In this document: piece by piece, positions 46,942 to 61,465 of the stretch
Position numbering within the stretch: the first letter of the stretch is position 1
Layout: every line of letters begins with the position of its first letter
Source: the human T2T-CHM13v2.0 reference genome, Homo sapiens
Length of the DNA stretch: 64,000 bases
Strand: one strand, 5' to 3'
Assembly (NCBI RefSeq): GCF_009914755.1
Contig: NC_060929.1
The notes under the pieces: generated by a model
Database searches by the model: none
What the model was told of the DNA's origin: nothing
Seen by the model: only the letters and a program-made list of their open reading frames with translations
Made by a program: the position numbers and the translations under genes

Positions 46942-49358
46942 CTGGAAAACAAATAAAATATTTATTGAGAAGAGGAATATTAAAATTCATTCTTTAAATA
47001 ATGCACATCTTTCCATTGCTGAAATATCTTACACACTAACAGTGACCAAAAATAAACCCTTCCCATACTATTTCAATAGGAATTATTAATAATACATGTA
47101 TGTTCAGAAAGAACTTAAAGTAATTAAAAGTAGCACATGAAGAAAAAGACAAATGTATTTTTTCTTGGCAAGAAATATATAGAGATTTTTTCTTGAATCA
47201 TCTCACTTATCATAAGCTCATTCCCATTGCTATATCTATTAATAATCTCTAAATCCCATTTGAAGACATAATAACCTTTCATTAGTAAAAGAAATGAATT
47301 AAGTTAGTGAACTTTCCCAATACTTTATGTCCTTCAATCTTTTTGGCGAATGTTAATATAAACTCTAGCTGTTTGTAGAAACATATGCCACAACTTGCGT
47401 TGAATATCCATTTTAATATTTGCTCAGCAACTTCTCCTTATTCTTTAGATTTGATTGTTAAGCCAATAATACTTTAGTTTATAAGGCATTCAAATTCACA
47501 GCAAACTACAGCATTATGTAAACTTTAAAGATATCAGATCATATTAAGCATATGGGAGCTTACAGTTTAAAGGTTAACAAAATTATGTATAAATTTTTCA
47601 TTCAAATATAGAATATTCAATGTGTTGTATACACAAACTACTCTCATTATCTTGTGGATTCAGAATTTTGAAGCTACACCATGTGGCTCAATTTCAGTTG
47701 AGCTGTTAACAAAATATTATTCATAAACCCAAATTAGTCTGAGGCAGTATTTTTAATGATATCTTGGACCAATGCCCAGATAGCTCACAACAGTTCAGTT
47801 TCTGCTACACTATATTTACCAATATTGAACCAGGTTTACAGTAAACAATACAATGTAACAATAACCACAATTCTGTGGTTATAGTTGTACCACTTCTCTT
47901 GCCAAGCAGATTTTCGACTGTTAAAGATTGATGGCATTTACAAAAATGAGTATTTTCCTTATTTTCATGAAAACATATCATGCATCTGTCATGAAAAGAG
48001 AAAGCTTGTACAAATTCAGTTGCTCTGTCCATTTAATTCTTTCCCCATTCCAAAATTGCCAAATACTTAAAATGAGAGTTATTCTGTAGCTACTAAACAC
48101 CTTGAGAGAGTAGACCTGTTAAAGTTACTCATAGAAAGTAAGTTATTGACAGTGAGGATGAATGTAATTTAGAAACATCTCCAAACATATTCAAATTGAA
48201 TGACACTTCCTACATCAGTGCTTCTCAACTCTTTTTCCTACCCTAACACAATAAGCTATATAGCAGGCTCCTTTCAGTAGCAGGATCTCCCTGTGGAAGT
48301 GTGGCTTATCACCCAAAGTACATCATAAGGGATACAGGAAATTGGAATATTCCTGTAGTTTCAAACAATCCTGCTGGTGATTCTTATCACACATTCTTCA
48401 AACACATACCCCACACCTTGTTCCCTCCACTAGTGACTCTCAACTCTACCGCATGATTCAGTGCCCATGATGGCAAATTGTATCTTGGAAAAGGATAATA
48501 TTTGTAAAATCTTCTTGGATAGGCTGTGGAACCTCAAAATTGCCTGCCAGTGGCAGTTCTGCCCCACTGCCTGAAAAAAAAACATAGACTCAGGTAATTC
48601 CATGTGGCTTCTAAACCCTAAGCCTAGAGCCAAACCAGTGGTTAGCATAGGAAAGAAATCCACACCTAAGTAAAAGGCTGAACAATAAAGCTGGTCCACC
48701 AAGCTTGGGGAATTTGAAAGTGAGAGGCAGAGAGTGAATGAAGCAGGGGCACCATGACAGGCCTGGTATGGAGAGAACAGACTTCAGAACGGTCAAGGCC
48801 AGGGTACATCTGTGGCTGTGTCCTTTCAATAAACCCCATTCCTTTAAGTGAGTTACCTCCTTGTAACGTCTTCTTTTTCATATTAACGGGGGTAATATAG
48901 TTAGAAGCTTCTAAGTTTTCTTTAGTACCTAAGAAACAAAAAGTTTACCTATTTACAAGTAAAATTAAGTGACAGTCCTCACTTTCTCTCTCTATAAGTC
49001 TAAAACAGTGATTCTAAAAAATGTATTGGAAGGAACTGAGAATAACAGGGGGTAAGGGTTTCAACTGGAGATTCTGAAGTATCTTCTAAGGGTGTGAGCC
49101 CATCCTCCTACCATTAGAATCTGCTGTGGCAGCTCATTGTTACCAACAGGGTGATGAAGTGGGATCCGGCTGAGAAAACCTATCTATAATGCTACCTCAT
49201 ATATTCATGTTCTGCAATCTCCTTTGAACAAAATTAATGGTTCTCAGGCAATCAGAATCTATGCTCCAAAAAGGGTGTCAGGGAGCAATGCATGGGTGAA
49301 CAACTAATTAAGTCTACTGCCATGATGACTCCATAATACATGATCAGCAATCTCCAAT

Positions 49359-50460
49359 TTTTTTTTTTCATAGAATTTTTGGGAACGAGCTGTGTTTGAT
49401 TACATGAGTAAGTTCTTTAGTGGTGATTTGTGAGATTTTGGTGCACCCATCACCCGAGTAGCATACACTGTACCCAATTTGTAGTCTTTTATCCCTCACC
49501 CCCCTCCCACCCTTTCCCCCAAGTCCCCAAAGTTCACTGTATCACTTTTTTTTTTTTCATTATACTTTAAGTTCTGGGATACATGTGCGGAACGTGCAAG
49601 TTTGTTACATAGGTATGTATACACATGCCACGGTGGTTTGCTGCACTCATCAACCCCTCATCTACATTAGGTATTTCTCCTAATGCTATCCCTCCCTTAC
49701 CCCCTCACCCACCGACAGGCCCCAGTGTGTGATGTTCCCCTCCCTGTGTCCATGTGTTCTCATTGTTCAACTCCCACTTATGACTGAGAACATGTGGTGT
49801 TTGGTTTTCTGTTCCTGTGTTAGTTTGCTGAGAATGATGGCTTCCAGCTTCAACCATGTCCCTGCAAAAGACATGAACTCATCCATTTTTATGGCTTCAT
49901 AGTATTCCACAGTGTATATGTGCCACATTTTCTTTATCCAGTCTATCACTGATGGGCACTTGGGTTGGCTCCAAGTCTTCGCTATTGTGAATAGTGTTGC
50001 AATAAACATATGTGTGCATGTGTCTTTTTAGTAGAATGATTCATAATCCTTTGGATATATACTCAGTAATGGGATTGCTGGGTCAAATGGTATTTCCAGT
50101 TCCAGATCCTTGAGGAATCGCCACACTGTCTTCCACAATGGTTGAACTAATTTACACTCCCACCAACAGTGTAAAAGTGTTCCTATTTCTCCACATCCTC
50201 TCCAGCATCTGTTGTTTCCTGTCTTTTTAATGATCACCATTCTAACTGGCATCAGATGGTATCTCATTGTGGTTTTGATTTGCATTTCTCTAATGTCCAG
50301 TGATAATGAGCTTTTTTTCATGTTTGTTGGCTGCATAAATGTCTTCTTTTGAGAAGTAACTGTTCATATCCTGGACCCACTTTTTGATGGAGTTTTTTCT
50401 TGTAAATTTATTTAAGTTCTTTGTAGATTCTATATATTAGCCCTTTGTCAGATGGATAGA
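49359..50460 (-). mobile_element. 5'-truncated L1PA7-like element (49546-50460) plus L1PB-like 3' end (49359-49545) inside one TSD
   Basis: Two poly(T) tracts; TSD CAATCTCCAAT at 49348-49358 and 50463-50473. Confidence 0.88.
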
Positions 50461-50589
50461 ACCAATCTCCAATATTTTAATTATCACCTCTGTGTATAGG
50501 ATTTTCCAAACCTATCCCTGTAGTGACATCTTCCGTCCCAAGCTCCAAACCTACTTCTCCAAACTAAACTACTGTTTTAAGTTTGGTGT

Positions 50590-50861
50590 TTTTTGTTTTG
50601 TTTTTTTTTTTGAGACAGGGTCTTGCTCTATCATCTGGCTGGAGTGCAGTGGTGTGATCATAGCCATCTTCCTGCCTGCCTCAGCCTCCCGAGCAGCTTG
50701 GACTACAGTCACACACCACCACATCTGACTAATTTTTAATTTTTTTGGTAAAGACAGGGTCTTGCTATGTTGCCAAGGCTGGTCCCGAACTCCTGAACTC
50801 AAGAGATCCTCCTGCCTAGGCTTCCCAAAGTGCTGGGATTACAGGCATGAGCGACTGGACC
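50590..50861 (-). mobile_element. AluJ with internal deletion
   Basis: gagacagggtcttgctc...aagagatcctcctgcct..ctt.ccaaagtgctgggattacaggcatgagc. Confidence 0.85.
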
Positions 50862-51453
50862 TAGTCAGTTTGTTTCTAAAAATATGTTTCTCTCTTAAAT
50901 TGACCACGTCCAAAGTTAAATTCACCTTCTCCATCTGTTTTCATAGTACCTTTTGCTCACCTTGAATGGAACACAATTTCCCTGAAAGTCAGTTTTCTCA
51001 TGTGTCAAATAGGAAGAATAGTATTTTGCTTGTATTGTCAAAAGGATTAGAAAGCACAGTAAGTAATAACAATTGTTATAATTTTGGCCAATTACCAAAT
51101 CATGTATTGGATTCTAAGGACACTATCTCTCCCACATTTGCCACTCCTTTCTTTCCTCCTTCCTGCTCTGGAGGAACCACCAGGAGTCACAGCAAGAGCA
51201 GGAGCTATAATATTTGCTGTAGCTTCAGATTATGTATTTCCCATTAGCTCCCGACAAAAGGACACTGATTCACCAGAAATAAGAATGTCCAGAAAGTTCT
51301 GGGGGAACAGCCCGGAACAGTAATAAAAGATACTGTTTGAACACAAATGATTCCGGCAGAGGGGAGTGACATTGTCCATCCATGCAGGTAAATCACAGCT
51401 TGGTGCCATGTCTAGTAACGTGAGATCACCAAACAGAAGAACTCAACATTTTG

Positions 51454-51756
51454 AGCAGGGCATAGTGGCTCATGCCTGGGAGTAATCCCAGGAAGTGGAA
51501 GGCTGAGGCAGGAGGATAGCTTGAGCCCTGGAGTTTGAGACCAGCCTGGGCAACACAGCAAAACCCCATCTCTAATATATATATATACTTATATATATTT
51601 TAAAAATTAGCCTGTATGGCTCACACCTGCAGTCCCACTGATTTGGGAGGCTGAGGCAGGAGGATCACCTGAGCCCAGGAGTTCAAGGCTGCAGTGAGCT
51701 ATGATCCATCATCGTCCTCCAGCATGAACAATAAAGCCAGATCTTATGTCTTAAAA
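51454..51756 (+). mobile_element. AluJ, diverged
   Basis: ggaggatcacctgagcccaggagttcaaggctgcagtgagctatgat, with a TA-rich linker. Confidence 0.82.
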
Positions 51757-52597
51757 ATATACATATAAAGAAAAAGGCAACATTTTATTTGGATTACTAG
51801 ACAGTGAAAATTTAAAGATAAATATTGAATATACAAATATTTGAACAGTAATACTTTTGAATTAACATCTTCCTTTTCCTTTTTTTCATCTTTAAGAAAT
51901 TTAAGTACTTTATTAAAATACAGAGTGGCTATTTAGCAGAGTAGCTAATGTGATCTAAATACATAGAAACAAATTAACAAATACAGTAAGAGTCAGCTGC
52001 AAAAAGTAGAACCAGTCGTTTTTAAAAAACATTGATTAATGAAAAAGCCTATCAATGATTAATGGATCATACATCTTTAAATTATCTTCATTTCATTCTA
52101 ATTTTAAACTGGATATCAGTGACCAAGTTATCAAAATGATGACCAACAATTCTAGAGAGGGAGCCAAAGCCCGAAATGCAAAATATATCTGGTACAGCTC
52201 AGCACCTTCTTTACTCCTTGGTCACCACAGGCGCCTAAACTTTAAAAATAAGAACAGAGGTAGAGATTAAGATGGGAAGAACACAGAGAAAAGCCAAAGC
52301 CTGAGGTCATCATATAACACCCACACATGTGATGGATACTAGACTCACTGTCCCTCAACTACACACACGTGTACTCACAAATGCAGAGGGAGGCAGACTG
52401 GAAACATCAACCAACATTGACAAAATTCCAGAATTGGAATTGTATCGGTCTCCAGTTCTGACAGTCAAATATTCCTTCAACTAGGCTTCATGAATTCAAT
52501 ATCTATAGTAATTTGGATTAGAACAGGTCTTCAGTTTAATCTTCTATTTTTTAAGAGTAGGAGGACCCCACTTACTCTTTACTTTGCATGATTCTAA

Positions 52598-52952
<355 letters not shown>

Positions 52953-53089
52953 GATATATAAAAATTTAAAAAATACATAAAAGTGTTCAACTGTTGACTG
53001 TCCCTACAAAAATTAAATAAAATTAAAAAGCAATAAAGGACATAACATATAGCCTTATGTCAAGGCTAATATGTTTAATATATAAAGAG

Positions 53090-53157
53090 GTTTCTGGGGG
53101 AACAGGTGGTATTTGGTTACATGAGTAAGTTCTTTAGCGGTGATTTGTGAGATCTGT
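53090..53157 (-). mobile_element. 68-bp L1PB-like 3'UTR fragment between 50/51-bp direct repeats
   Basis: gggaacaggtggtatttggttacatgagtaagttctttagcggtgatttgtgagat; repeats at 53039-53089 and 53158-53207. Confidence 0.85.
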
Positions 53158-54890
53158 GACATAACATATAGCCTTATGTCAAGCTAATATGTTTAATATA
53201 TAAAGAGCACAAATAAAATGACATGTATATGAAGACCTATGAAGATCTTAATTTTTAAATAATGAGCAAGGTAAGAAAATGGAAATTCAAATAGGAAGAA
53301 TGGTTACACATGGCCTGTAAGTAACTCCAAAAAAAAAAAAAACTGTTCAACCTCCTAGTCATAAGCATTTCAAAATTTCACTAATGAATGTAGCAAAAAC
53401 TTTAAAAACATTAAAGTATTCAATGCCTATAAGGGTGAAATGTGAACGTGTAAATGGTGCAGCTTTTCAGGAAAATAACATGGCAAAATGAAAAAGTCAT
53501 AAGTTTTTTTTTTAAGTGCAGAACAGTTTGTATAGTATGCTCTCATCTGTATTACAGAAATATTGTATGTACATACAAGCACTGGAACAAGTCACTCCCA
53601 TGCTTCCCACGCTCATGGAATCATTTGAGTTCAAACAGTATCTTTTATTGCAGGCCTTTTTTCCTAGAGACTGGGGGCCTGGAATAAGAGGGAGAATTTT
53701 TTACCGCATAACTTTTCTTTTGTTTGATTACTTCCCCTGAGCTTATATTTCCTATTTAGAAAGAAATAAACAAGCAATAAAAAATTAAATACTAAACCTT
53801 TATATCCTTTTATATCCCAGCAATTTTTATTCTAAAATACTATTGTAAAGAATCAGAAAGCCAAACAATTTATAATAATGCCTGGGGCAAAATTATAGCA
53901 GTGAAAAACTGGCAATCTAAATATCTGAGAAAGAAGAAATAATTAGATTATGATAAATACATGTGATGGGGAAATATATTTTTGCAAAATGTTTAATGAT
54001 ATTAAGAAATGTTCATAATTCATTGCTAAAATTAAAACTCCCCAAATATATACAATGTGTGTAGAAAAAGAGTATAAGGAAATAAGAGTAATGGCTACTG
54101 GTAGAAACATTAACAAAAATAAGAAGTAACAGATGAAGTCCAACAAGTAGGAATGGGGCAGAAAAACTAAGTAAACCAGTGAAACTAGTATGGCCAACTT
54201 GGAGTTGGGCCAAATATCCCTGTGCCTCCCTCAGAAGGCCTAAGGGCAACTCTTATTACAGTACTGTCCTCTAATCAACAATCATAATGGTAGCTTTATG
54301 TCACCAGTAAAAGATTAAACTTTGTGGCACTCTAAACAAATATCGAAGGTATTCAGCTATATAAAAATATTAAATCTCTGGTTTATTTTCTGCAAATTCT
54401 TTTCCTAGTTTGTTGTGTGACTTAATTTTAGTCAGGTTTTTTAGAGGGAAGGAGGATTTAGCTATTTAAAATAAAATTTTGACAACAGAACAGAAACTTT
54501 ATTTTTTAATTGATAAATAAAAATTGTATAAAATTTTGTCATATAAATATTCATAATATACAACATGATGTCTTGATACATGTATATATTGTGGAATGAC
54601 CAAATCAAGCTAATTAACATATCCATTGCCTCAAATATTTATCTTTTCTGTGTGTGGTGAGAACACTTAAAATCTACTCTCTCAGCAACTTTCAAATATA
54701 TAAAACATTGTTATTAATAACAACTATAGTCACCACATTACCACATTGTACAATAGATCTCTTGAATGTATTCCTAATCTAAATGAACTTTTGTTATTTT
54801 AGACAAACATCTCCAAAATCCTCCCTACTGCCAGCCCGATGACCACCATTCTATGCTGCTTCTATGGCTTCAATGTTTTTAGATTCCATA

Positions 54891-55240
54891 CAACTGAGCC
54901 TCCTTATCTGTGGGTTCCGTGTGGTTGGATTCAACCAACCTGGGATCAAAAATACAAGCATCCCCCAGTATCCACGGGGATTGACTCCAATACCCCCACA
55001 GACACCAAAATCCACAGATGCTCAAGTCCCTTATACAAAATGGCATAGTATCTACACATAACCTGCACACATTCTTCTGTACATGTTAAATCATCTCTAG
55101 ATTACTCTACTACCCAGTACAATGTAAATGCTATACAGTTATACTTTTTTATGTTGTATTATTTTTTATTGTTGATTTTATTTTTTTCCAAATATTTTTT
55201 ATCCTTGAATGCAGAATCCACAGATACTAACGGCTGACTG
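54891..55240. mobile_element. MER2/Tigger-type DNA transposon composite at a TA site
   Basis: ta|caactgagcctccttatctgtgggttcc ... cacagatgctcaagtcccttatacaaaatggc ... cacagatactaacggctgactg|ta. Confidence 0.78.
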
Positions 55241-55344
55241 TATAAGTGAGATTATATAGTATTTGTCTTCCTCTGCCTCACTCATTTAACTTAACGTAAT
55301 GTCCTCCAGGTTCATCCATGTTGTCAAAATGACAGGATTTCCCT

Positions 55345-57783
55345 AATGAACATCGATGCGAAAATCCTCAATAAAACACTGGCAAACCGAATCCAGCAGC
55401 ACATCAAAAAGCTTATCCACCACGATCAACTTGGCTTCATCACTGTTATGCAAGGCTGGTTCAATAAATGCAAATCAATAAATGTAATCCATCACATAAA
55501 CAGAACCAATGACTAAAGCCACATGATTATCTCAACAGATGCAGAAAAGGACTTCGATAAAATTCAACATCTCATGTTAAAAACTCTCAATAAACTAGGT
55601 ATTGATGGAACATATCTCAAAATAATAAGAGTGATTTATGACAAACCCATAGCCAATATCATACTGAATGGGTAAAAGCTGGAAGCATACCCTTTGAAAA
55701 CTGGCACAAGACAAGGATGCCCTCTCTCACCACTCCTATCCAACATATTATTGGAAGTTCTGGCCAGGGCAATCAGGCAAGAGAAAGAAATAAAGGGTAT
55801 TAAAATAGGAAGAGAGGAAGTCAAATTGTCTCTGTTCGTAGATGACATGACTCTATATTTAGAAAACTCCAGTGTCTCAGCCCAAAAAATCCTTAAGCTG
55901 ATAAGCAACTTCAGCAAAGTCTCAGGATACAAAATCAATGTGCAAAAATCACAAGCATTCCTATACATTAACAAAAGACAAGTAGAGAGCCAAATCATGA
56001 ATGAACTCCCATTCACAACTGCTACAAACAGAATAAAATACCTAGGAATACAACTTACAAGGGATGTGAAGGACCTCTTCAAGGAGAACTACAAACCACT
56101 ACTCAAGAAAATGAGAGGACACAAACAAATGGAAAAACATTCCATGCTTATGGCTAGAAAGAATCATTATCATGAAAATGGCAATACTGCCCTAAGTAAT
56201 GTATAGATTTAATGCTATTCCCATCAAGCTACCATTGACTTTCTTCACAGAACTAAAAAAAACTACTTTAAATTTTATATGGAACCAAAAAAAGAGCCTG
56301 TATAACCAAGACAATCCTAAGCAAAAAGAACTAAGCTGGAGGCATCATGCTACCTGACTTCAAACTATACTATAACGCTATAGTATAGCAAAACGGCTAT
56401 AGTATACAAAACAGCATGGTACTGGTACCAAAACAGATATATAGACCAATGGAAAAGAACAGAGACCTCAGAAATAACATCACACATCTACAACCATCTG
56501 ATCTTTGACAAACCTGACAAAAACAATCAATGGGGATAAAAATGGTGCTGGAAAAATTGGCTAGCCATATGCAGAAAACTGAAACTAGACCCCTTCCTTA
56601 CACCTTACAAAAAATTAACTCAAGATGAATTAAAGACTTAAATGTAACACCTCAAACCATAAAAACACTAGAAGAAAACCTAGGCAATACCATTCAGGAC
56701 ACAGGCATGAGCAAAAACTCCATGACTAAAACACCAAAAGCAATGGCAACAAAAGCCAAAATAGACAAATGGGATCTAATTAAACTAAAGAGCATCTGCA
56801 CAGCAAAAGAAACTAGCATGAGAGTGAACAGGCAACCTACAGAATGGGAGAAAATTTTTGCAATCTACCCATCTGACAAAGGTCTACCAGAATCTACAAG
56901 AAACTTAAAAAAATGCACAAGAAAAAAACGAACAACCCCATCAAAAAGTGGGCAAAGTATATGAACAGACCCTTCTCAAAGAAGACATTTATGCAGCCAA
57001 CAAACATATGAGAAAAAGTTCATCATCACTGATTAGAAATGCAAATCACCACAATGAGATACCATCTCATACCAGTCAAAATGGCAATTATTAAAACATC
57101 AGGAAACAACAGATGCTGGTGAGGCTGTAGAGAAACAGGAATGCTTTTACACTGTTGGTGGGAATGTAAATTAGTTCAACCATTGTGGAAGACAGTGTGG
57201 CAATTCCTCAAGGACCTAGAACCAGAAATACCATGTGACCCAGCAATCCCATTACTGGGTATATACCCAAAGAATTATAAATCATTCTACTATAAAGACA
57301 TATGCACATGTATGTTTACTGCAACACTGCTTACAATAGCAAAGACCTGGAACAAACCCAAATGACCATCAATGATAGACTGGGTCAAGAAAATGTGGCA
57401 CATACACACCATGGAATACTATGCAGCCATAAAAAAGAATGAGATCATGTTCTCTGCAGGGACATGGATGAAGCTGGAAGCCATCATTCTCAGCAAACTA
57501 GCACAGGAAAAGAAAACCAAACACCACATGTTCTCAGTCATAAGTGGGAGTTGAACAATGAGAACACATGGACACAGGGAGGAGAACAACATAAACCGGA
57601 GCCTGTTGAGGGGTGGGGGGTCAGGGGAGGGAGAGCATTAGGACTAATACCTAATGAATGTGGGGCTTAACACCTAGATGACAGGTTGATAGGTACAGCA
57701 AACCACAATGGCGCATGTATACTACGTAACAAATCTGAACATTCTGCACATGTATCCTGGAACTTTAAAAAATTGTTTTTTAA
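55345..57783 (+). mobile_element. 5'-truncated L1PA8-like element (RT to 3'UTR, decayed)
   Basis: ORF2 remnants ([20 protein letters not shown]). TSD gacaggatttcc(c/t)t at 55331-55344 and 57785-57798. Confidence 0.92.
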
Positions 57784-58785
57784 AGACAGGATTTCCTTCT
57801 TGTTAAAGGTTGAATAGTATTCAATTTTGCATATATAGTCTATTTTCCTTCATCTGTTGATGGACACTAAGGTTGATTCCATATCTTGTCTATTGTGATT
57901 AAAGCGGCAATGACTATGGGAATGCAGATATCTCTCTGACATACTGATTTCATTCCCTGTGGATATACAGAGTGGGATTGCGAGATCATATGGTAGTTCT
58001 ATTTTTAATTTTTTGAGAAACCTCCGTACTGTTTTCCATAATGGCTGTACTAATTTATATTCCCACCAACAGTGTACAATGGTTCCCTTTCATCCACATC
58101 CTCAATAACACTTCTCTCTTTTTTTTTTTAATAACAGCCATTCTAACAGGTGTCAAGTGATACCTCATTTTGGTTTTAATTTGCATTTCTCTGATAATTA
58201 GTGACACTGAGCATTTTTTCATATACTTGTTGGCCATTGGTATGTTTTATTTTGAGAAATTTCTATTCATGTCCTTTCCCCACTTTGTAATTGGGTTGTT
58301 TTCTTGCTATCGAGTTGTCTGAATTCCTTTACATATTTTTGATATTAACCCCTTATCAGGGTTTGGTTCGTAAATATTTTCCCCCATTCCCTAGGTTGTC
58401 TCTTCACTCTGGGATTATTTCTCTTGCAGAAGCTTTTTAGTTTGATATTATCCCATTTACCTACTTTTGCTTTTGTTGGCTATGCTTTTGAGGTCATATC
58501 CATGAAATCATTGCTAAAAGCAATGTTGTGAAGCTTTTCACCTATGTTTTCTTCTAGTAGCTTTATGGTTTCAAGTCTTATGTTTAAGTCTTCAGTCTAT
58601 TTTGAGTTTGATTTTTGTCTGCGTTATGAGATGAGGGTCTAATTTCATTCTGCATGCAAATATAATACAGAACTTAGATACATTCATTGAATAAGCACTT
58701 AAGTGACTTCTCTCTGCCTAATCTATGAATTTTAAAATCTGAGAAAATGTCATTGCCATATCACCAAATAAAATTATTTCCAATT

Positions 58786-59098
<313 letters not shown>

Positions 59099-59123
59099 TT
59101 ACCTTATGAAAATTACAACTTCT

Positions 59124-59428
59124 GGCCGGGTGCATTGGCTCACACCTGTAATCCCAACCCTTTGGGAGGCTGAGGCAGGTGAATCACGAGGTCAGGAGTT
59201 CAAGACCAGCCTGGCCAAGATGGTGAAACCCCGTCTCTACTAAGAATACAAAAATTAGCTGGGCATGGTGGTGGACATCTGTAATCTCAGCTACTCAGGA
59301 GGCTGAGGCAGACAATTGCTTGAACCCTGGAGGCGGAGGTTGCAGCAAGCCAAGATCGAGCCACTACACTCCAGCCTGGGTGACAGAGCAAGACTCAATC
59401 TCAAAAACAGAAACAAAAAGAAAAAAAA
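59124..59428 (+). mobile_element. AluSg-like
   Basis: atcacgaggtcaggagttcaagaccagcctggccaagatgg, with TSD gaaaattacaacttct. Confidence 0.92.
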
Positions 59429-60653
59429 GAAAATTACAACTTCTAAGAAAGAAACCTGAATTCTTTCCATTCATATGAACAAAATCCATTACATGCTTGC
59501 CAACAGGTATCATCTAACAGTACTAGGACAGATGAACTATTTAACTAATTAGGTATCTACAACAGAGACTGTTACTTAAGTGTCTAATTACAGATTCTGA
59601 ACCATTCTTGTAAACGAATGAATGTACAGTCTGGGAAAGGAGTAAAGATCTTACTTTACTCAATTCTTTCTATGGTCTAGTTATCTAATTTGAGGTTAAA
59701 TATAATGCTCTAAAATTTAGAATTGGTAGAAAATAAGAAAGATAGGCAAGATATTAAAGGTAAGTTTTCTAAGACAGTATTGTGGATTCACAAACAAGTT
59801 TACCAAGAAACACATAAATAAAAGGTAAATACTGCCTTTTAATTACCTATTAGCTCACAGCTAATTCCTAACTCTCTTTCTACATATATACATGTCCGTA
59901 TGTATGTATGTATATAATACGACTATATATAACAAATCATTATTTAACAGAAGTCAGCTAATAAAATGGTCTTATTTTTAATCCCAATTTATAGAACAAT
60001 TAAAGTAGATATGACTTTGTATCACAGAAAAGATTTTTTAACTTTGTGAACAGGATTCATCAAGTGTTTCCTTACATTTTATGTGCTAGTTATAAAACCG
60101 TATGATTTAATATTCACAAAACTTTTCAGAAAATGTACTATATATAATGTGTGCCAGTTCTAGACAACATTTGATTATGCCTCACAATACTGAAGTACAC
60201 AGAGTTATGAACTATGCATAAATATCATTAGATAAGTGCCTATACAATGAGAAATCTAACTATCAATAAATGGCCACATCTGTCAACCTGACCATAATAT
60301 CCTATATCTACTTTTCTACTTAGGTCTGTCTATTACCTATTAAAGAACCTGTCTTTTGCAACCTATCCTTTTAATATTCAAAGAAAGTGTAGGGTTGAAA
60401 CTGAAAAGTAGCCATTTAATATGGGAAAACATCCAACTTTAGCAATGGGACAAATGATTTTGTTAGCATTTTGCCATTTTCTAACATTGAGCAACTAAAA
60501 AGATTCATATAAAAATAAGGCATGCAAATTAATGCATCCCCATTTGTAATTTTAAAATTCTTTGAGTTAATTCACTATATGTGCAAAGGTAGAGAAGAGA
60601 CAGTAAAATAACAGCTTCCAAAAATGGCTCTTCCTAATTTCTCTTGAAATTAA

Positions 60654-61062
<409 letters not shown>

Positions 61063-61465
61063 TAAAATAGTAGGTAACTAATAAATATTTTTGAATGCAT
61101 TAATGACTCTCTCAGACCACACATAGGCATTTGTAGAATCCTTTGGTTTCTTCTATTCAAGGCATTCAAGGAAAAAAGTTTTAAGATCTCCCCTTAGATA
61201 CCTATCTTAGCACAGCATCCTCTGATTCAGCCTCTCAATTAAATACCATACTGTTCGACAACATGGAAGTTACTAAACAATTCGTTCACACTGATTTCTA
61301 ATTTCTATACACAAACAGGAATTTTTTAGAAAGAAATAAATTGGCTTGTTTAATTGGGGTGACAGATTTTTGGTGTTTTCTTTGTTGTGTTTTATTAAAA
61401 AGATCCTCAAAAGCATCTTTCCTCCTTATTTCCTTTTAAAAGGAAATAAAGGAAGTCTGCCAAAG

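Larger units (their letters stand above)
54500..58655 (-). mobile_element. L1MA-type element interrupted by a MER2 composite and an L1PA
   Basis: 3' end at about 54500, with pieces at 54500-54890, 55241-55344 and 57785-58655 that join seamlessly across the insertions. Confidence 0.8.
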
